Part shown: piece by piece, positions 40,353 to 51,633 of the stretch
Layout of the letters: the number at the start of each line of letters is the position of its first letter
How positions within the stretch are numbered: position 1 is the first letter of the stretch
Source of the DNA: Spirochaetia bacterium
GTDB taxonomy: Bacteria > Spirochaetota > Spirochaetia > SZUA-6 > Bin103
Assembly (NCBI GenBank): GCA_965203515.1
Contig: OZ241907.1
Span: 1,952,001-2,016,000, forward strand
Length of the DNA stretch: 64,000 bases
Reading direction: 5' to 3'
Made by a program: the position numbers and the translations under genes
The notes under the pieces: model-generated
The model's database searches: none
What the model saw: only the letters and a program-made list of their open reading frames with translations
Told to the model about the DNA's origin: nothing

Positions 40353-41423
40353 ATGGAGCGAGTGAAATGCGCGGTGATCGGCGCCGGCTGGTGGGGGACG
40401 ACCGCCCACGTGCCGGCCTTGCGGGACAATCCCCACGCCGACCTGGTAGCGGTTCAGCATCACGACCGTCAGACGGCGGAGCGCACCGCCCGCGACTTCG
40501 GCGTGCCGCATGCCTGTACCACGGCGGACGAGGTGCTGGCGATCGACGGCCTGCAGGCGGCGGTGATCAGCTCGGTGCCGGCGCTGCACTACGCGCAGGG
40601 CAAGGCGGCGCTCGAACGCGGCCTGCACGTGCTGATCGAGAAGCCGTTCACGATCCGCGGCGCCGAAGGGCAGGAACTGGTCCGCCTGGCGGACGCGAAG
40701 GGGCTGCACCTGATGGTCGGCACCACCTATCACTTCACGCGCCACTGTCAGGAAGCGCGCCGCGTGCTCCGGTCCGGCGGCATCGGCACGGTGCGGATGA
40801 TCACCATCCTGTTCACCAACCTCACCGAGCGCCTCTACCGCGGCCTGGAGTGGGATGAGGCGATGCCCGGCAAGGAGGAGGCGCGCCCGGAGCACCAGCG
40901 GCCCTATCTGGTCCCCGGCGTCACCTCCTACAGCGACCCGGCGATCGCCGGCGGCGGTCAGATATACACCCAGGTCTCCCACCCGGCCGCCTACGTCAGC
41001 TACCTGACCGAGCGCCGGCCGGTCGAGGTGTTTGCGCGCTTCGAGAACGACGGCGCCGCGGTCGACGTCTACGACGCGATCGTGATCGTGCTCGACGACG
41101 GGACGCTGGTCAGCCTGGCGTCCAACGGGGCGGCCACGCCCGCCAAGATGCACTACGAGCTGCGCGTGCACGGCACCGGCGGCGTCCTGGAACAGGAGCT
41201 GTGGGACGGGACGCTGAGCGTGGACGGCGCCGGCGGCCGCACCGATTACGAGCCGCTGCCGGCCGAGGACAACTACCCGGTCGGCGCTCCCTCCGCCAAC
41301 CTGATCGACTTGGCTCGCGGCGCCGCGGAAAACGGATCGCCCGGCCGCCACGGCGCGTTCGGCTCGGTCATCAGCGAGGCGGCGCTCGAGTCGGTGCGCA
41401 CCGGACAGCCGGTACGCCTGTAG
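40353..41423 (+). CDS. Gfo/Idh/MocA oxidoreductase
   Basis: VIGAGWW, HVLIEKP. Confidence 0.9.
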   Translation: MERVKCAVIGAGWWGTTAHVPALRDNPHADLVAVQHHDRQTAERTARDFGVPHACTTADEVLAIDGLQAAVISSVPALHYAQGKAALERGLHVLIEKPFTIRGAEGQELVRLADAKGLHLMVGTTYHFTRHCQEARRVLRSGGIGTVRMITILFTNLTERLYRGLEWDEAMPGKEEARPEHQRPYLVPGVTSYSDPAIAGGGQIYTQVSHPAAYVSYLTERRPVEVFARFENDGAAVDVYDAIVIVLDDGTLVSLASNGAATPAKMHYELRVHGTGGVLEQELWDGTLSVDGAGGRTDYEPLPAEDNYPVGAPSANLIDLARGAAENGSPGRHGAFGSVISEAALESVRTGQPVRL

Positions 41424-41451
41424 CGCCCGGAGGGGTCGAGGGCGGCAGCCG

Positions 41452-42390
41452 CTAACCGCCGGCGGCGCTGCGGTCGTAGCGGTAGGTGATGGCGACCGCG
41501 TCGATCGCGCTCGGCAGGTCCCAGCCGAGCCGGAACACCAGCGACAGCTCACGGGACTCGCCGGCCTCCAGGCGCTCCTCGAAGAAGCAGAAGCACCGGA
41601 TCAGCTCGACGTGGCGCTGCGCGGCCGGCGGCGAGTAGGCGTGCGCGGCCATCACCCGCAGCGATTCGTCGGCGGTGTTGCGGATCGCGAAGGCGGCGCG
41701 CCCGGTCTCCCCCGGCCGCAGGCGCAACTCCGGCGCGGTCAGGATCGTGAACTCCAGCGGCACGCCGCCGGCCACTTCGGCGCGCAGCGTCACCGGCAGA
41801 TCGGCGTCCCAGCCCATGATCACGCGCCAGCGGCCGCCTTCGCGGATCAGGTCGACCGTCTCGGTCACCTCCACCATCGGCAGGCGGCCGGCGCGCGCGT
41901 CGGCGCGTATGCCCCGCGCCACCTCCGCCGGCGACCCCTCCGGCGATGCCGTGCCGCCGAACGCGCGGTCCGCCTGCGCGGCCTGCAGCAGCGGGCCGAG
42001 ATCGCGGTCGGCGGAGTTGGGGAGCGCCGCGCGGATCGTCACCCGCGCCTGATCGCCGGCCGCCTCGGTGTCGGCGTCGAGGAATCGTATCGCCTCCGCC
42101 AGGGCGTCGACGGCGGGCTGCAACGATGCCGGGAACGGCGGGTTGACCGCGATGAACTCGGCCAGCGTCCGCTCGGCTCGGTCCGCCGCCGAGGCGAGCT
42201 CATGGAGCCGCTCCGCCTGCCGCGCGTAGCGGGCGCGCAGGAACCGTTCCGCCACCTCGACCGGGGATGGGGGCGCCGCCACCGCGATCACCAGCGCGGC
42301 GGTGACCGTCACCGCCGCGGCGGTCAGGACGACGATCGCGGCCCGCCGCAGGCGCGGCGTCGGTTCGGTTCCCATCGCGGCGTCCGCCAT
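41452..42390 (-). CDS. Membrane protein with C-terminal CtaG/Cox11-like copper-chaperone domain
   Basis: PGET...RCFCFFEERL.AGE..EL.LVF...ITYRY. Confidence 0.75.
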   Translation of the reverse strand: MADAAMGTEPTPRLRRAAIVVLTAAAVTVTAALVIAVAAPPSPVEVAERFLRARYARQAERLHELASAADRAERTLAEFIAVNPPFPASLQPAVDALAEAIRFLDADTEAAGDQARVTIRAALPNSADRDLGPLLQAAQADRAFGGTASPEGSPAEVARGIRADARAGRLPMVEVTETVDLIREGGRWRVIMGWDADLPVTLRAEVAGGVPLEFTILTAPELRLRPGETGRAAFAIRNTADESLRVMAAHAYSPPAAQRHVELIRCFCFFEERLEAGESRELSLVFRLGWDLPSAIDAVAITYRYDRSAAGG

Positions 42391-42442
42391 CCTACACTGC
42401 CGCCGCGATGAAGCACTGCATGCTCCCCGCCGGAAGATCGTG

Positions 42443-43171
42443 ATGGCGGCGCTCGACGGCGCCGCCGCAATCGTTACGGGCGCCGGAACCGGCATCGGCG
42501 CCGCCATCGCCGCCGCCCTGCACGACGCGGGCGCCGCGGTAACGCTCGTCGGCCGGCGCGCCGAGCCGCTCGCCGACGTCGCCGGCCGGCTCGGCGCCGA
42601 TCGCGTGCGCGTCCGTCCCTGCGACGTATCGGACCGGGACGCCGTGCAGGCCGCCTTCCGGGACGCGGCGCAGGCGCACGGACCGGCCACGATCCTGGTG
42701 AACAACGCCGGCATCAACACCAATCCCCGCTCGGTCGCGGAGGTGTCGCTCGCCGACTGGGACCGGACGGTGGCGGTCGACCTGTCGGGCGTCTTCTACT
42801 GCGTCCGCGCCGCGCTGCCGGCCATGCGCGCCGCCGGCGGAGGCACCGTCGTCAACGTCGCCTCCACCGCCGGACGCTGGGGATCGAGCCTGGCCGGGGC
42901 CGCCTACAGCGCCGCCAAGCACGGCGTGGTCGGCCTGACGTCGGTCATCAACGACGAGGAATCCCGCCACGGCATCCGGTGCACGGCCATACTTCCCGGA
43001 GAGGTGGAGACGCCGATCCTGGAGCAGCGCCCGGAGCCGGTGAGCGCCGAGCGGCGGCGGGCCATGTTGCAGCCGGAGGACGTCGCGGCCGCCGCCTTGC
43101 TGGCCGCCACCCTCCCCGACCGCGCCTGCATCACCGAGCTGGTGATCAAACCGCGGGTGGCGTATACGTAG
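42443..43171 (+). CDS. SDR oxidoreductase
   Basis: TGAGTGIG, NNAG, YSAAK. Confidence 0.92.
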   Translation: MAALDGAAAIVTGAGTGIGAAIAAALHDAGAAVTLVGRRAEPLADVAGRLGADRVRVRPCDVSDRDAVQAAFRDAAQAHGPATILVNNAGINTNPRSVAEVSLADWDRTVAVDLSGVFYCVRAALPAMRAAGGGTVVNVASTAGRWGSSLAGAAYSAAKHGVVGLTSVINDEESRHGIRCTAILPGEVETPILEQRPEPVSAERRRAMLQPEDVAAAALLAATLPDRACITELVIKPRVAYT

Positions 43172-43215
43172 CGGTCGCGTGACGGATCGCCCGTCGGCGT
43201 ACTATCTTTCTTCGC

Positions 43216-44007
43216 GTGCGGTTCCTTGCGTCGTTGGCGCGCGCGGCTACGCAGCCGGGTCGGGCGTTCCGCCCCGAGCACACGCCGACCTTCTCCATGT
43301 TCGCCCTGCTGGCGCTGGTGTTCGTCGCCACCGCCGCCGGCGAGGTCCTGACCCTGTGGCACTACCGGTCGCCGGTGGTCCGTGAAATCGCGCTGGTCGA
43401 GTCGCGCCAGATCGCCGAACGCAACGCGGTGCTCAGCGGCGAGCGGGACATTCAGCAGCAGCAGGCCAATATCTACAACCGGTTGACCGCGCCGTCCACG
43501 TCGGGCGCCAAGACGTTTCGGGTGATGCTGGCCTCGGCCGTCCTCCTGGCCGCCCTGGGGCTGACCTGGGTGGCGTTGATCGTGCTGGCGCTCTTCTTCG
43601 GCGGCGAAGAGCCGACGGCGCCGGACCGGCCGCGCGCGTCGATCCGTCTGGTCGGCGTTGCATTCGTGCCGCTCGCCGTACGGCGGCTGCTGTCCGGGGC
43701 GCTCACCCTGGCGACCGACCCGGAGTCGGCCGCGAACGCCACCACGGTCGCCGAGTACCGGGAGTCGATCACCGTGCGCTTCGACCTGGCATCGCTGATC
43801 GACTGGAACCTGCCGGGGATCGTGGAGCGGTTCGCGGTGCTGCTGTCGGATCCGTTCGCGCTGTGGGCGCTGACGGTGCTGGCGTTCGGGGCGGCGATGC
43901 TGCTGCGCCTTCCCGCGCGGCGCGCCATCGCGCAGACTGGGTGCATCGCGGTGTTGTGGGCGGTGATCGACGCCGTCATCGGCGGCCGCCTGGCCGTTCT
44001 GGCATGA
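43216..44007 (+). CDS. YIP1-like membrane protein
   Basis: ~5 TM helices, DPFALW; precedes efflux operon. Confidence 0.65.
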   Translation: MRFLASLARAATQPGRAFRPEHTPTFSMFALLALVFVATAAGEVLTLWHYRSPVVREIALVESRQIAERNAVLSGERDIQQQQANIYNRLTAPSTSGAKTFRVMLASAVLLAALGLTWVALIVLALFFGGEEPTAPDRPRASIRLVGVAFVPLAVRRLLSGALTLATDPESAANATTVAEYRESITVRFDLASLIDWNLPGIVERFAVLLSDPFALWALTVLAFGAAMLLRLPARRAIAQTGCIAVLWAVIDAVIGGRLAVLA

Positions 44008-44049
44008 TGGGGGTGGCATGAGAGCGTCTGACACAGGAGGAACTCCGGC

Positions 44050-45426
44050 ATGAAACGACGAACCGGCGTGCTGCTCCGCTTCGCGGGAATCGCGGTGGTC
44101 CTGCTGATCGTCGCCAGCTTCGCGCTCAGCCGCCTGTTCGCCAGCGATCCGCTGGCCGACGCCGTCCCGGTGGAGGTCGAGGAGGCGGTGACCACGGCGA
44201 TGCAGACGCGCGTCGTCGGGAGCTGCACCTTCCGTGCGCGGCGTAGCGTCGACGTCACCTACGACGCGGGGGGGCGGGCGATCGCCATCCCGGTGCAGGT
44301 CGGCGATCGGGTCACCGCCGGTCAGACGCTGGTGCAGTTCGAGCAGACCGAGCTGCGCAACGCTGTGACGCGGACGCAGGCGTCGTTGCGCGAGACCGAG
44401 CTGGGGCTGGCGCACAGCCTGGCCAAGCAGCGCGCCGCCATCGTGTCGTCGGAGCGGGCCTGGAACGACCGGGTCCAGGCCTTGTCGCGCAAACGATCCC
44501 TGCACCGCAGCGGAACCGTCTCCGACGACGAGTTGACGCAGGCGGAGCAGGCCGAGCGCCAAGCGTTCGATGCGCTGCAGACCGCCCGCGCCGATCTCAA
44601 CCGCGCGGCCGGCCTGCCGGTCGATGCCGAACCGCCGATGGACGGCGCCGGCGACGCGCGTACCATCGCCAACGACCCGAACGTGATCCAGGCGCGGCTC
44701 GCCGCCGAGAACGCGGCCCAGGACCTTCGCCGGTCGACCGTGACGGCGCCGCTCGACGGAACCGTGACCGGACTCGACGCAACGCTGGGCAACCGCACCA
44801 ACTCCGGCGGCAGCGTCGCCACGGTGCAGACTCTGGACGACATCCTTGCCGGTGTTCAGATCGATGAGGTCGACATCGGCAAGCTCCGCGTCGGCCAGCA
44901 GGTCCTCCTCACTACCGAGACCCTGCGCGACGTGGAGCTGTCGGGGATGATCACGATGGTGCCGCCCAGCATGGAGACGACCGGCAACGTGCCGCTGGTC
45001 ACCATCGACGTGGACGTAGACGAAGGCAGCCTGCCGGCCGGAGCCAACCTGCTGGCCGGCTCCTCCTGCCGCGCGCGCATCGACGCGGAACTGAAGCAGG
45101 ACGCCACCGTGGTCCCCTACGCCGCCCTGCTCGAACGGGCCGGCGTCACGATCGCGTTCGTAGCCAACCCGGTCGACGGCGAGGGCGGCCGCTACCTCCT
45201 GGACCGCCGCGAGGTTCGCACCGGCGCGTCCACGCCGACCCAGATCGAGGTGACCGACGGCATCGAACCCGGCGAGCTGGTCGTGATCGGCAATCTGGCG
45301 CTGCTGCGCGACGGCCTGTCGGTGACGGCCGGCCAGGAGACGCCGGCTCAGGAAGGGGCGCCGGCCGAACCGGAGCCCGACGGCGCCGCAGAGCCGGCGG
45401 AAGAAGCGCCCGCCGAACCGTCGTGA
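44050..45426 (+). CDS. Efflux periplasmic adaptor (MacA-like)
   Basis: VQVGDRVTAGQ, coiled hairpin, APLDGTV, IDEVDI. Confidence 0.88.
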   Translation: MKRRTGVLLRFAGIAVVLLIVASFALSRLFASDPLADAVPVEVEEAVTTAMQTRVVGSCTFRARRSVDVTYDAGGRAIAIPVQVGDRVTAGQTLVQFEQTELRNAVTRTQASLRETELGLAHSLAKQRAAIVSSERAWNDRVQALSRKRSLHRSGTVSDDELTQAEQAERQAFDALQTARADLNRAAGLPVDAEPPMDGAGDARTIANDPNVIQARLAAENAAQDLRRSTVTAPLDGTVTGLDATLGNRTNSGGSVATVQTLDDILAGVQIDEVDIGKLRVGQQVLLTTETLRDVELSGMITMVPPSMETTGNVPLVTIDVDVDEGSLPAGANLLAGSSCRARIDAELKQDATVVPYAALLERAGVTIAFVANPVDGEGGRYLLDRREVRTGASTPTQIEVTDGIEPGELVVIGNLALLRDGLSVTAGQETPAQEGAPAEPEPDGAAEPAEEAPAEPS

Positions 45427-46132
45427 TCCGCTTGGCCGGCATCACCAAGGTCTACCCCATGGGGGCCGATGTCACGGTCACCGCCCTCGCCGGGGTCGAT
45501 CTGCTCATAGAGGATCACGAGTTCGTGGCGGTCATGGGACCGTCAGGATCGGGCAAGTCGACCCTGATGAACATCATCGGCTGCCTGGATCGGCCGAGCT
45601 CCGGGACCTACGAGCTGGCCGGCTCCGACGTATCGACGATGTCGGACCACGATCTGGCGCGCGTGCGCAACGACCGGGTCGGCTTCATATTCCAGACGTT
45701 CAACCTGCTGCCGCGCATGACCGCCTTGCGCAACGTGGAGCTGCCCATGATCTACGCCGGCGTCGGACGCCGCGAACGCCGCCGGCGAGCCACCGATGCC
45801 CTGCAACGCGTCGGCCTGGCCGAGCGCGCGCGCCACCGCCCCACCGAGATGTCGGGAGGGCAGCGGCAGCGGGTGGCGATCGCGCGCGCGCTGGTCAACG
45901 ACCCGTCGATCGTGTTCGCCGACGAGCCGACCGGCAACCTCGACTCGTCGACCGGCCGAGAGATCATGCAGATACTCACCGAACTGAACCGCTCGGGCGC
46001 CACCATCGTCCTGGTCACGCACGACGCCGACGTCGCAGCCCACAGCCGGCGCGTGATCTACCTGCGGGACGGACAGATCCTCCGCGACGATCGGCTTGCC
46101 ATGCATGCGCCGGCCGCCCCGGAGCGACCGGC

Positions 46133-46136
<4 letters not shown>
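45423..46136 (+). CDS. ABC transporter ATPase (MacB/LolD-like)
   Basis: GPSGSGKS, MSGGQRQR, ADEPTGNLD. Confidence 0.95.
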
Positions 46137-47356
<1,220 letters not shown>

Positions 47357-47387
47357 CTCGGAAGGCAGCCCGGAAGGCGATCGACGT

Positions 47388-48683
47388 ATGGCTTCGCTCA
47401 TCGGCCAGCCGGACCGCACCGCTCGGCGTTCGCCGACCCGCAGGCGGACCATCCCCGGCATACGAGTCGGCTCGCTCGTCATCGAGGCCGCAGCCGCGGT
47501 GGCCGCCAATCGGTTCCGCATGGTGCTGGCGTTGCTGGGCATCACCATCGGCGTCGGCTCGGTGATCGCGATCGTGGGACTGGGCGACGGCGCCAGGGTA
47601 TTGGTGCGCGAGTCGATCTCCAGCTTCGGGGCCGGCTCCCTGATGGTGATGCCCAACTGGGGAGCGACCGACGCCGACGGCGAGCGCTACGAGACGGAAG
47701 CGATCACCGTCGAAGACGTCGAACAGATCAACGCGCAGGCCGACGCCGTACAGATGGTGACGCCGGAGCTGACGTTCTCGGAGTCCGCGCGCTACGGCGG
47801 CCGCAGCACCGATGCGACCCTGTATGGCACGTTGCACTACTACCTGGAGGCCAGCTCGGTGCCGGTGGCGCAAGGCCGCTTCCTGAACCCCGAAGATCAG
47901 CGCTCGCAGCGCAAGGTGGCGGTGCTGGGCTCAGAAGTCGCGGCGGAGCTGTTCCGGGACGAATCGCCGCTCGGGGCGCTGATCTCCATCGGATCATGGT
48001 TCGAGCTCGAAGTGATCGGCGTGATGGCCCCCGAAGAGAGGGGCCTGCTGTCCGTCGGCGACGAATCGGTCGATGCCCGCGTATACCTGCCGGTATCGAC
48101 CATGGAGCGGCTCTTCGGGCGGCAGGGTATCTACTTTCTCTGGGGGCAGGCGGCCAGCCTGACCGAGGTCGATGCCGCCAAGCAGCAAATCCTGGGGATC
48201 CTGGACGCCAACCACGGCCGGTTCGACGGCCGGTACCGCAAGTTCCAGATAGAGGACATGAACCAGCTGCTGGAGACGATCGAATCGACCACCGGCACCA
48301 TCACCAGCCTGGTCTCGCTGCTGGGCGTCATATCGCTGGTGGTGGCCGGCATCGGCGTGATGAACATCATGCTGGTCTCGGTGCGCGAACGGACGCGGGA
48401 GATCGGCACGCGCAAGGCTATCGGCGCCCAGCAGGCGTCGATCCTCAACCAGTTCGTGGTAGAGGCGGTGTTGATCTGCGGCGGCGGCGGGCTGGCCGGC
48501 ATCGGCCTGGCGGCCGCCGCCATCGCCATCGTCGCGCAGGCGACCGAGTGGCCGGGTCTGATCTCGCCGGCCACGATCCGGTTGGCGTTCTTCCTGGCGC
48601 TGGGAACCGGCCTGGTGTCGGGCCTCTACCCCGCCACCCGCGCCGCGCGCATGGACCCGGTCGAGGCGCTGCGCCACGAGTGA
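47388..48683 (+). CDS. MacB-type ABC permease
   Basis: GVMNIMLVSVRERTREIG.RKAIGA, DPVEALR. Confidence 0.93.
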   Translation: MASLIGQPDRTARRSPTRRRTIPGIRVGSLVIEAAAAVAANRFRMVLALLGITIGVGSVIAIVGLGDGARVLVRESISSFGAGSLMVMPNWGATDADGERYETEAITVEDVEQINAQADAVQMVTPELTFSESARYGGRSTDATLYGTLHYYLEASSVPVAQGRFLNPEDQRSQRKVAVLGSEVAAELFRDESPLGALISIGSWFELEVIGVMAPEERGLLSVGDESVDARVYLPVSTMERLFGRQGIYFLWGQAASLTEVDAAKQQILGILDANHGRFDGRYRKFQIEDMNQLLETIESTTGTITSLVSLLGVISLVVAGIGVMNIMLVSVRERTREIGTRKAIGAQQASILNQFVVEAVLICGGGGLAGIGLAAAAIAIVAQATEWPGLISPATIRLAFFLALGTGLVSGLYPATRAARMDPVEALRHE

Positions 48684-48711
48684 ACCGGCCGCCGATGAGG
48701 GGGTTGCCGCC

Positions 48712-49171
48712 GTGAGTAAGTTGACGGTCTTTTCGACAGCAAGCGTCAGTCGGCTCCCACGTAACGCTTCGTCTCACGCGTGGAGAAGACGTCTCCGGCC
48801 GCATCGATCAGCTCGACGACGCCTACGTCAGTCTCGACCTCGGCGGCGGGAAGAGCGTCACCATCTTCGCGGAAATTCTTGCCGGATGGGAATTACATCT
48901 CGACGCCGGGGCCGTGAACGAGGATCGACGCGAACGCCTGACGCCCCCGGCAGTGCACGACGAAAAGCACGCCTCGGATGATGAGTATGAGAAAAAATCC
49001 GCCGTCGAGTCGACGTTGGCACGGGTCGAGGCCAAGTTCTCGGAAGCGGTCAAACGTGCGCAGTCACCAACCGGTACAACGGCCCCGCCGCGCCGGCGCT
49101 TCAAAACCGAGGAAGAACAAGCAGGCAGGGCAGAAGCAGGCGAGCGACTTGACGGCTCCCCCGTAACGTGA
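48712..49171 (+). pseudogene. Frameshifted, truncated paralog of the 5' end of gene 51634-53061
   Basis: ~190 bp clearly homologous; extra T in TTTT 48730-48733. Confidence 0.8.
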
Positions 49172-49184
49172 CAGGGTGGCAGGC

Positions 49185-50854
49185 ATGAACCGGTCGCCCG
49201 TTCCCCTGCCTCGAGCTCCCGTCGCCTCGTTGGCGAAACGCGCCGCCGGGGCGGCGCTCCTCGGGCTGGCGGTCGCCGCCTCGTTCGGGCTCGGCGCCTG
49301 CTCGGGCGCCGCCGGAACCCCGGCGCCGGCGGCGCCCGCCGCCCCGGCCGACCCCCCCCCCCCCCCCCCGAAAACCCGACCGAACCCGTAACTCCTACCG
49401 AACCCACTGAACCGACAACGCCACAGGATCCGACAGAGCCCGTTGATCCTATCCCGCCGCCTGCGGGCGGCGGCGGTCCGTCGGGAGGCGGTCCTTCAGG
49501 TGGTGGTGGTCCGTCAGGAGGAGGGGGACCTCCGCCTGCAACTCCGCCACCGCCGAACAGGGCACCGATAATAACTTCAAGTCCGGTTACGGAAGTTAAT
49601 GAAAGTTCTGCTTACAGTTATCAGGTTACCGCAAGGGATCCCGACGGGGACAGCATGAATTATAGCCTGCCGACGAAACCCGCGTGGCTTTCAATGAATT
49701 CATCGGGACTGATTACCGGGACGGCTCCTTCCGTGAATTCTGACACGAACGTTAATCTTGAAGCGAGGGTTTCCGACGGGCAGGAAACGACGAGTCATTC
49801 TTTCGCGGTTTCGGTGAAGGACGTGCCGACGCTGAGCGTTTCAGGCACCCTGCAAGACAGCGAGACGGACACGGGAAAGGCGGGGGAAGTCAGGGCGTAT
49901 AAAAATAACGGCGACGGGACTTATACTTTACTGAAAAAAACGACGGCGGGAAGCACGGGTGCGTTTTCAATGTCGTTCAGTCACAGGGGAAATTTTGACC
50001 TGCAGGCGAGACTGAAACAGGGAACGGCTGACAAGAGTTACGTGAGGACGATACCGACGTCATCAACTTCAACTTTAACGGGACTGACGATAAGGGCGGT
50101 TCCATACACGGACCTTTCGGAAACACAAACGATAAGTGTGACCGACACAATCGTAAGCATACCCGAATTCAAGTCATTCATTGAAGACGTTAATAACCAT
50201 GCCGCTAATCGTGCCGGCGGAGGATTCATGAAGTGGAATTTGGACAATTTAAACGGGGTTGAAATTTTAAGGGAAAATCCGACGGCAAACACGGGAAGTT
50301 TTGACACGACGAAGCAGAATTACATAGAAAATAAAATAAAGGCATCGGATGACATAGCGTTGTTGTTTGACGGAAGAACGGTAACGGTGCAGAAGGACGC
50401 CACGAGAACGGCTCAGGACGCGAACAAGAAATACACGGTTACGGGAAGCACGATAACGCCTAACACGGGCTGGATTGTCGTCGTTCCGGTGCATAATTTA
50501 GATGCTTCAGGCCTTGCGTTTGGAGGAGATTCAGACAATGACGGTTACATTGACGGATACAGGATAGATTTAAAATCAAACGTCGCGGGCATTTATACAG
50601 ACGCCATCAGAGTAATAACGCACGAATTTGCCCACACGACTCTTTATCCCGGGGGTGACGTTACGATGGGGCATACAAGCAGGTTGGTTCATGATCAGTC
50701 AATTACTGCTCTGGTCGCCGTCGGTGGAAGGACGGCATGCACGAAGCCATGCACTTTTGACCAGAAGGCTGCCAAGTTGATTTACGAATCTACCTTTGCC
50801 GTGGGGACGCCTTATAGTGAGATTTTGGGGACGAGTTGGCGGACGAACGAATAG
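49185..50854 (+). CDS. Lipoprotein (Pro/Gly linker, Ig-like domain, HExxH zinc-protease-like domain) frameshifted at a C18 tract
   Basis: LGAC lipobox; after the tract an open frame ENPTEP...NRAPIITSSP...RDPDGD...HEFAH runs to 50854. Confidence 0.75.
49352..49369. repeat. Poly-C homopolymer (C18)
   Basis: Counted directly. Confidence 0.95.
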
Positions 50855-50911
50855 TCTGCGCCCTCGCCCACCCCACCCGCCGCCCGCCACCGGCAACCCA
50901 ACCGTGCGCCC

Positions 50912-50969
50912 CCCTCCTCCGCCAACCGCGCGCCGCGCGCCGCCCTCCTCCGCCAACCGCGCGCCGCGC
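50912..50969. repeat. 27-bp direct repeat x2
   Basis: ccctcctccgccaaccgcgcgccgcgc at 50912 and 50943. Confidence 0.85.
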
Positions 50970-50989
50970 CGGGCGGCGACAGGGGCTAC

Positions 50990-51117
50990 CGGTCGAGACG
51001 CGTCTTCGGCGCCGAAGTGGCGTCGCCCGCCGGCTTCGCTGCCGAACTGTCCGGGCGGTCAGCGGCTGCGTCTCCCGGCTGCGCCGCCGCCTGAGCCGAT
51101 ACCTTCGCCGCCGAAGG
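50990..51117 (-). pseudogene. Fragment of the palindrome-rich linker of the HNH gene family (cf. 61631-61911)
   Basis: Shares cgcgtcttcg..gccgaagtggcgtcg and cggctgcgccgccgcctgagc with 61705-61840. Confidence 0.75.
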
Positions 51118-51139
51118 AGCGGCGCTGTCCGCTCTGGGC

Positions 51140-51390
51140 CACCGCTTACGACCGCTTGACCAATCGCTGACGAGAGGCTAGATTCATGGCATCCGCCCCT
51201 TGGCAGTACGCCTCGCTCCCAGTCGAAGATCTGGCCATCCTGAGCGGCGCCGATTCCTTGGGGCCTTTCCTTTCTTCTTACGGCCCCAGGCGGACTCGTT
51301 GATCTCGTAAGTCGAGGAGGTTGCAGGCGGTGGCAACGTCGCTCCAGCCGCAGGCGTCGAGCGCGGCGCGGTGTGTGGCGGTAATCGTTA
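51140..51390 (-). pseudogene. Remnant C-terminus of a type IIG/Eco57I-like DNA methyltransferase
   Basis: RAALDACGWSDVATAC.LLD/(fs)YEINESAWGRKKK resembles the AVLDAYGW.D...LLDYEIDE..WG.KKK tail of such enzymes. Confidence 0.5.
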
Positions 51391-51633
51391 GTACGCCTTC
51401 CGGCGGCTTCAGGGCGGGATCGGTACCAACAATTGGAAGTGCGCCCCCTGCCTCAGAGGGGTTGCACCTGCCGGATGGGCGCACCTACCATAAGCGCGCG
51501 ACATGCCGACCCCCTTGCGGGGCGGTTGGGCGATGCGGCATCCGAACATGGAGAACTGCGGTGAGCGCACGGGGAGCCGGCTCGATGGACGCTGACGGCG
51601 TAGGCCGTCGATGATGATGGCGGTGTTGCGGCC

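Noticed and set aside
51240..51630. Possible structured ncRNA (ggggcc/ggcccc and gtgcgccc/gggcgcac stems)
   Set aside because: Better explained by a methyltransferase remnant plus promoter; short GC stems are expected by chance; an Rfam search could not be run
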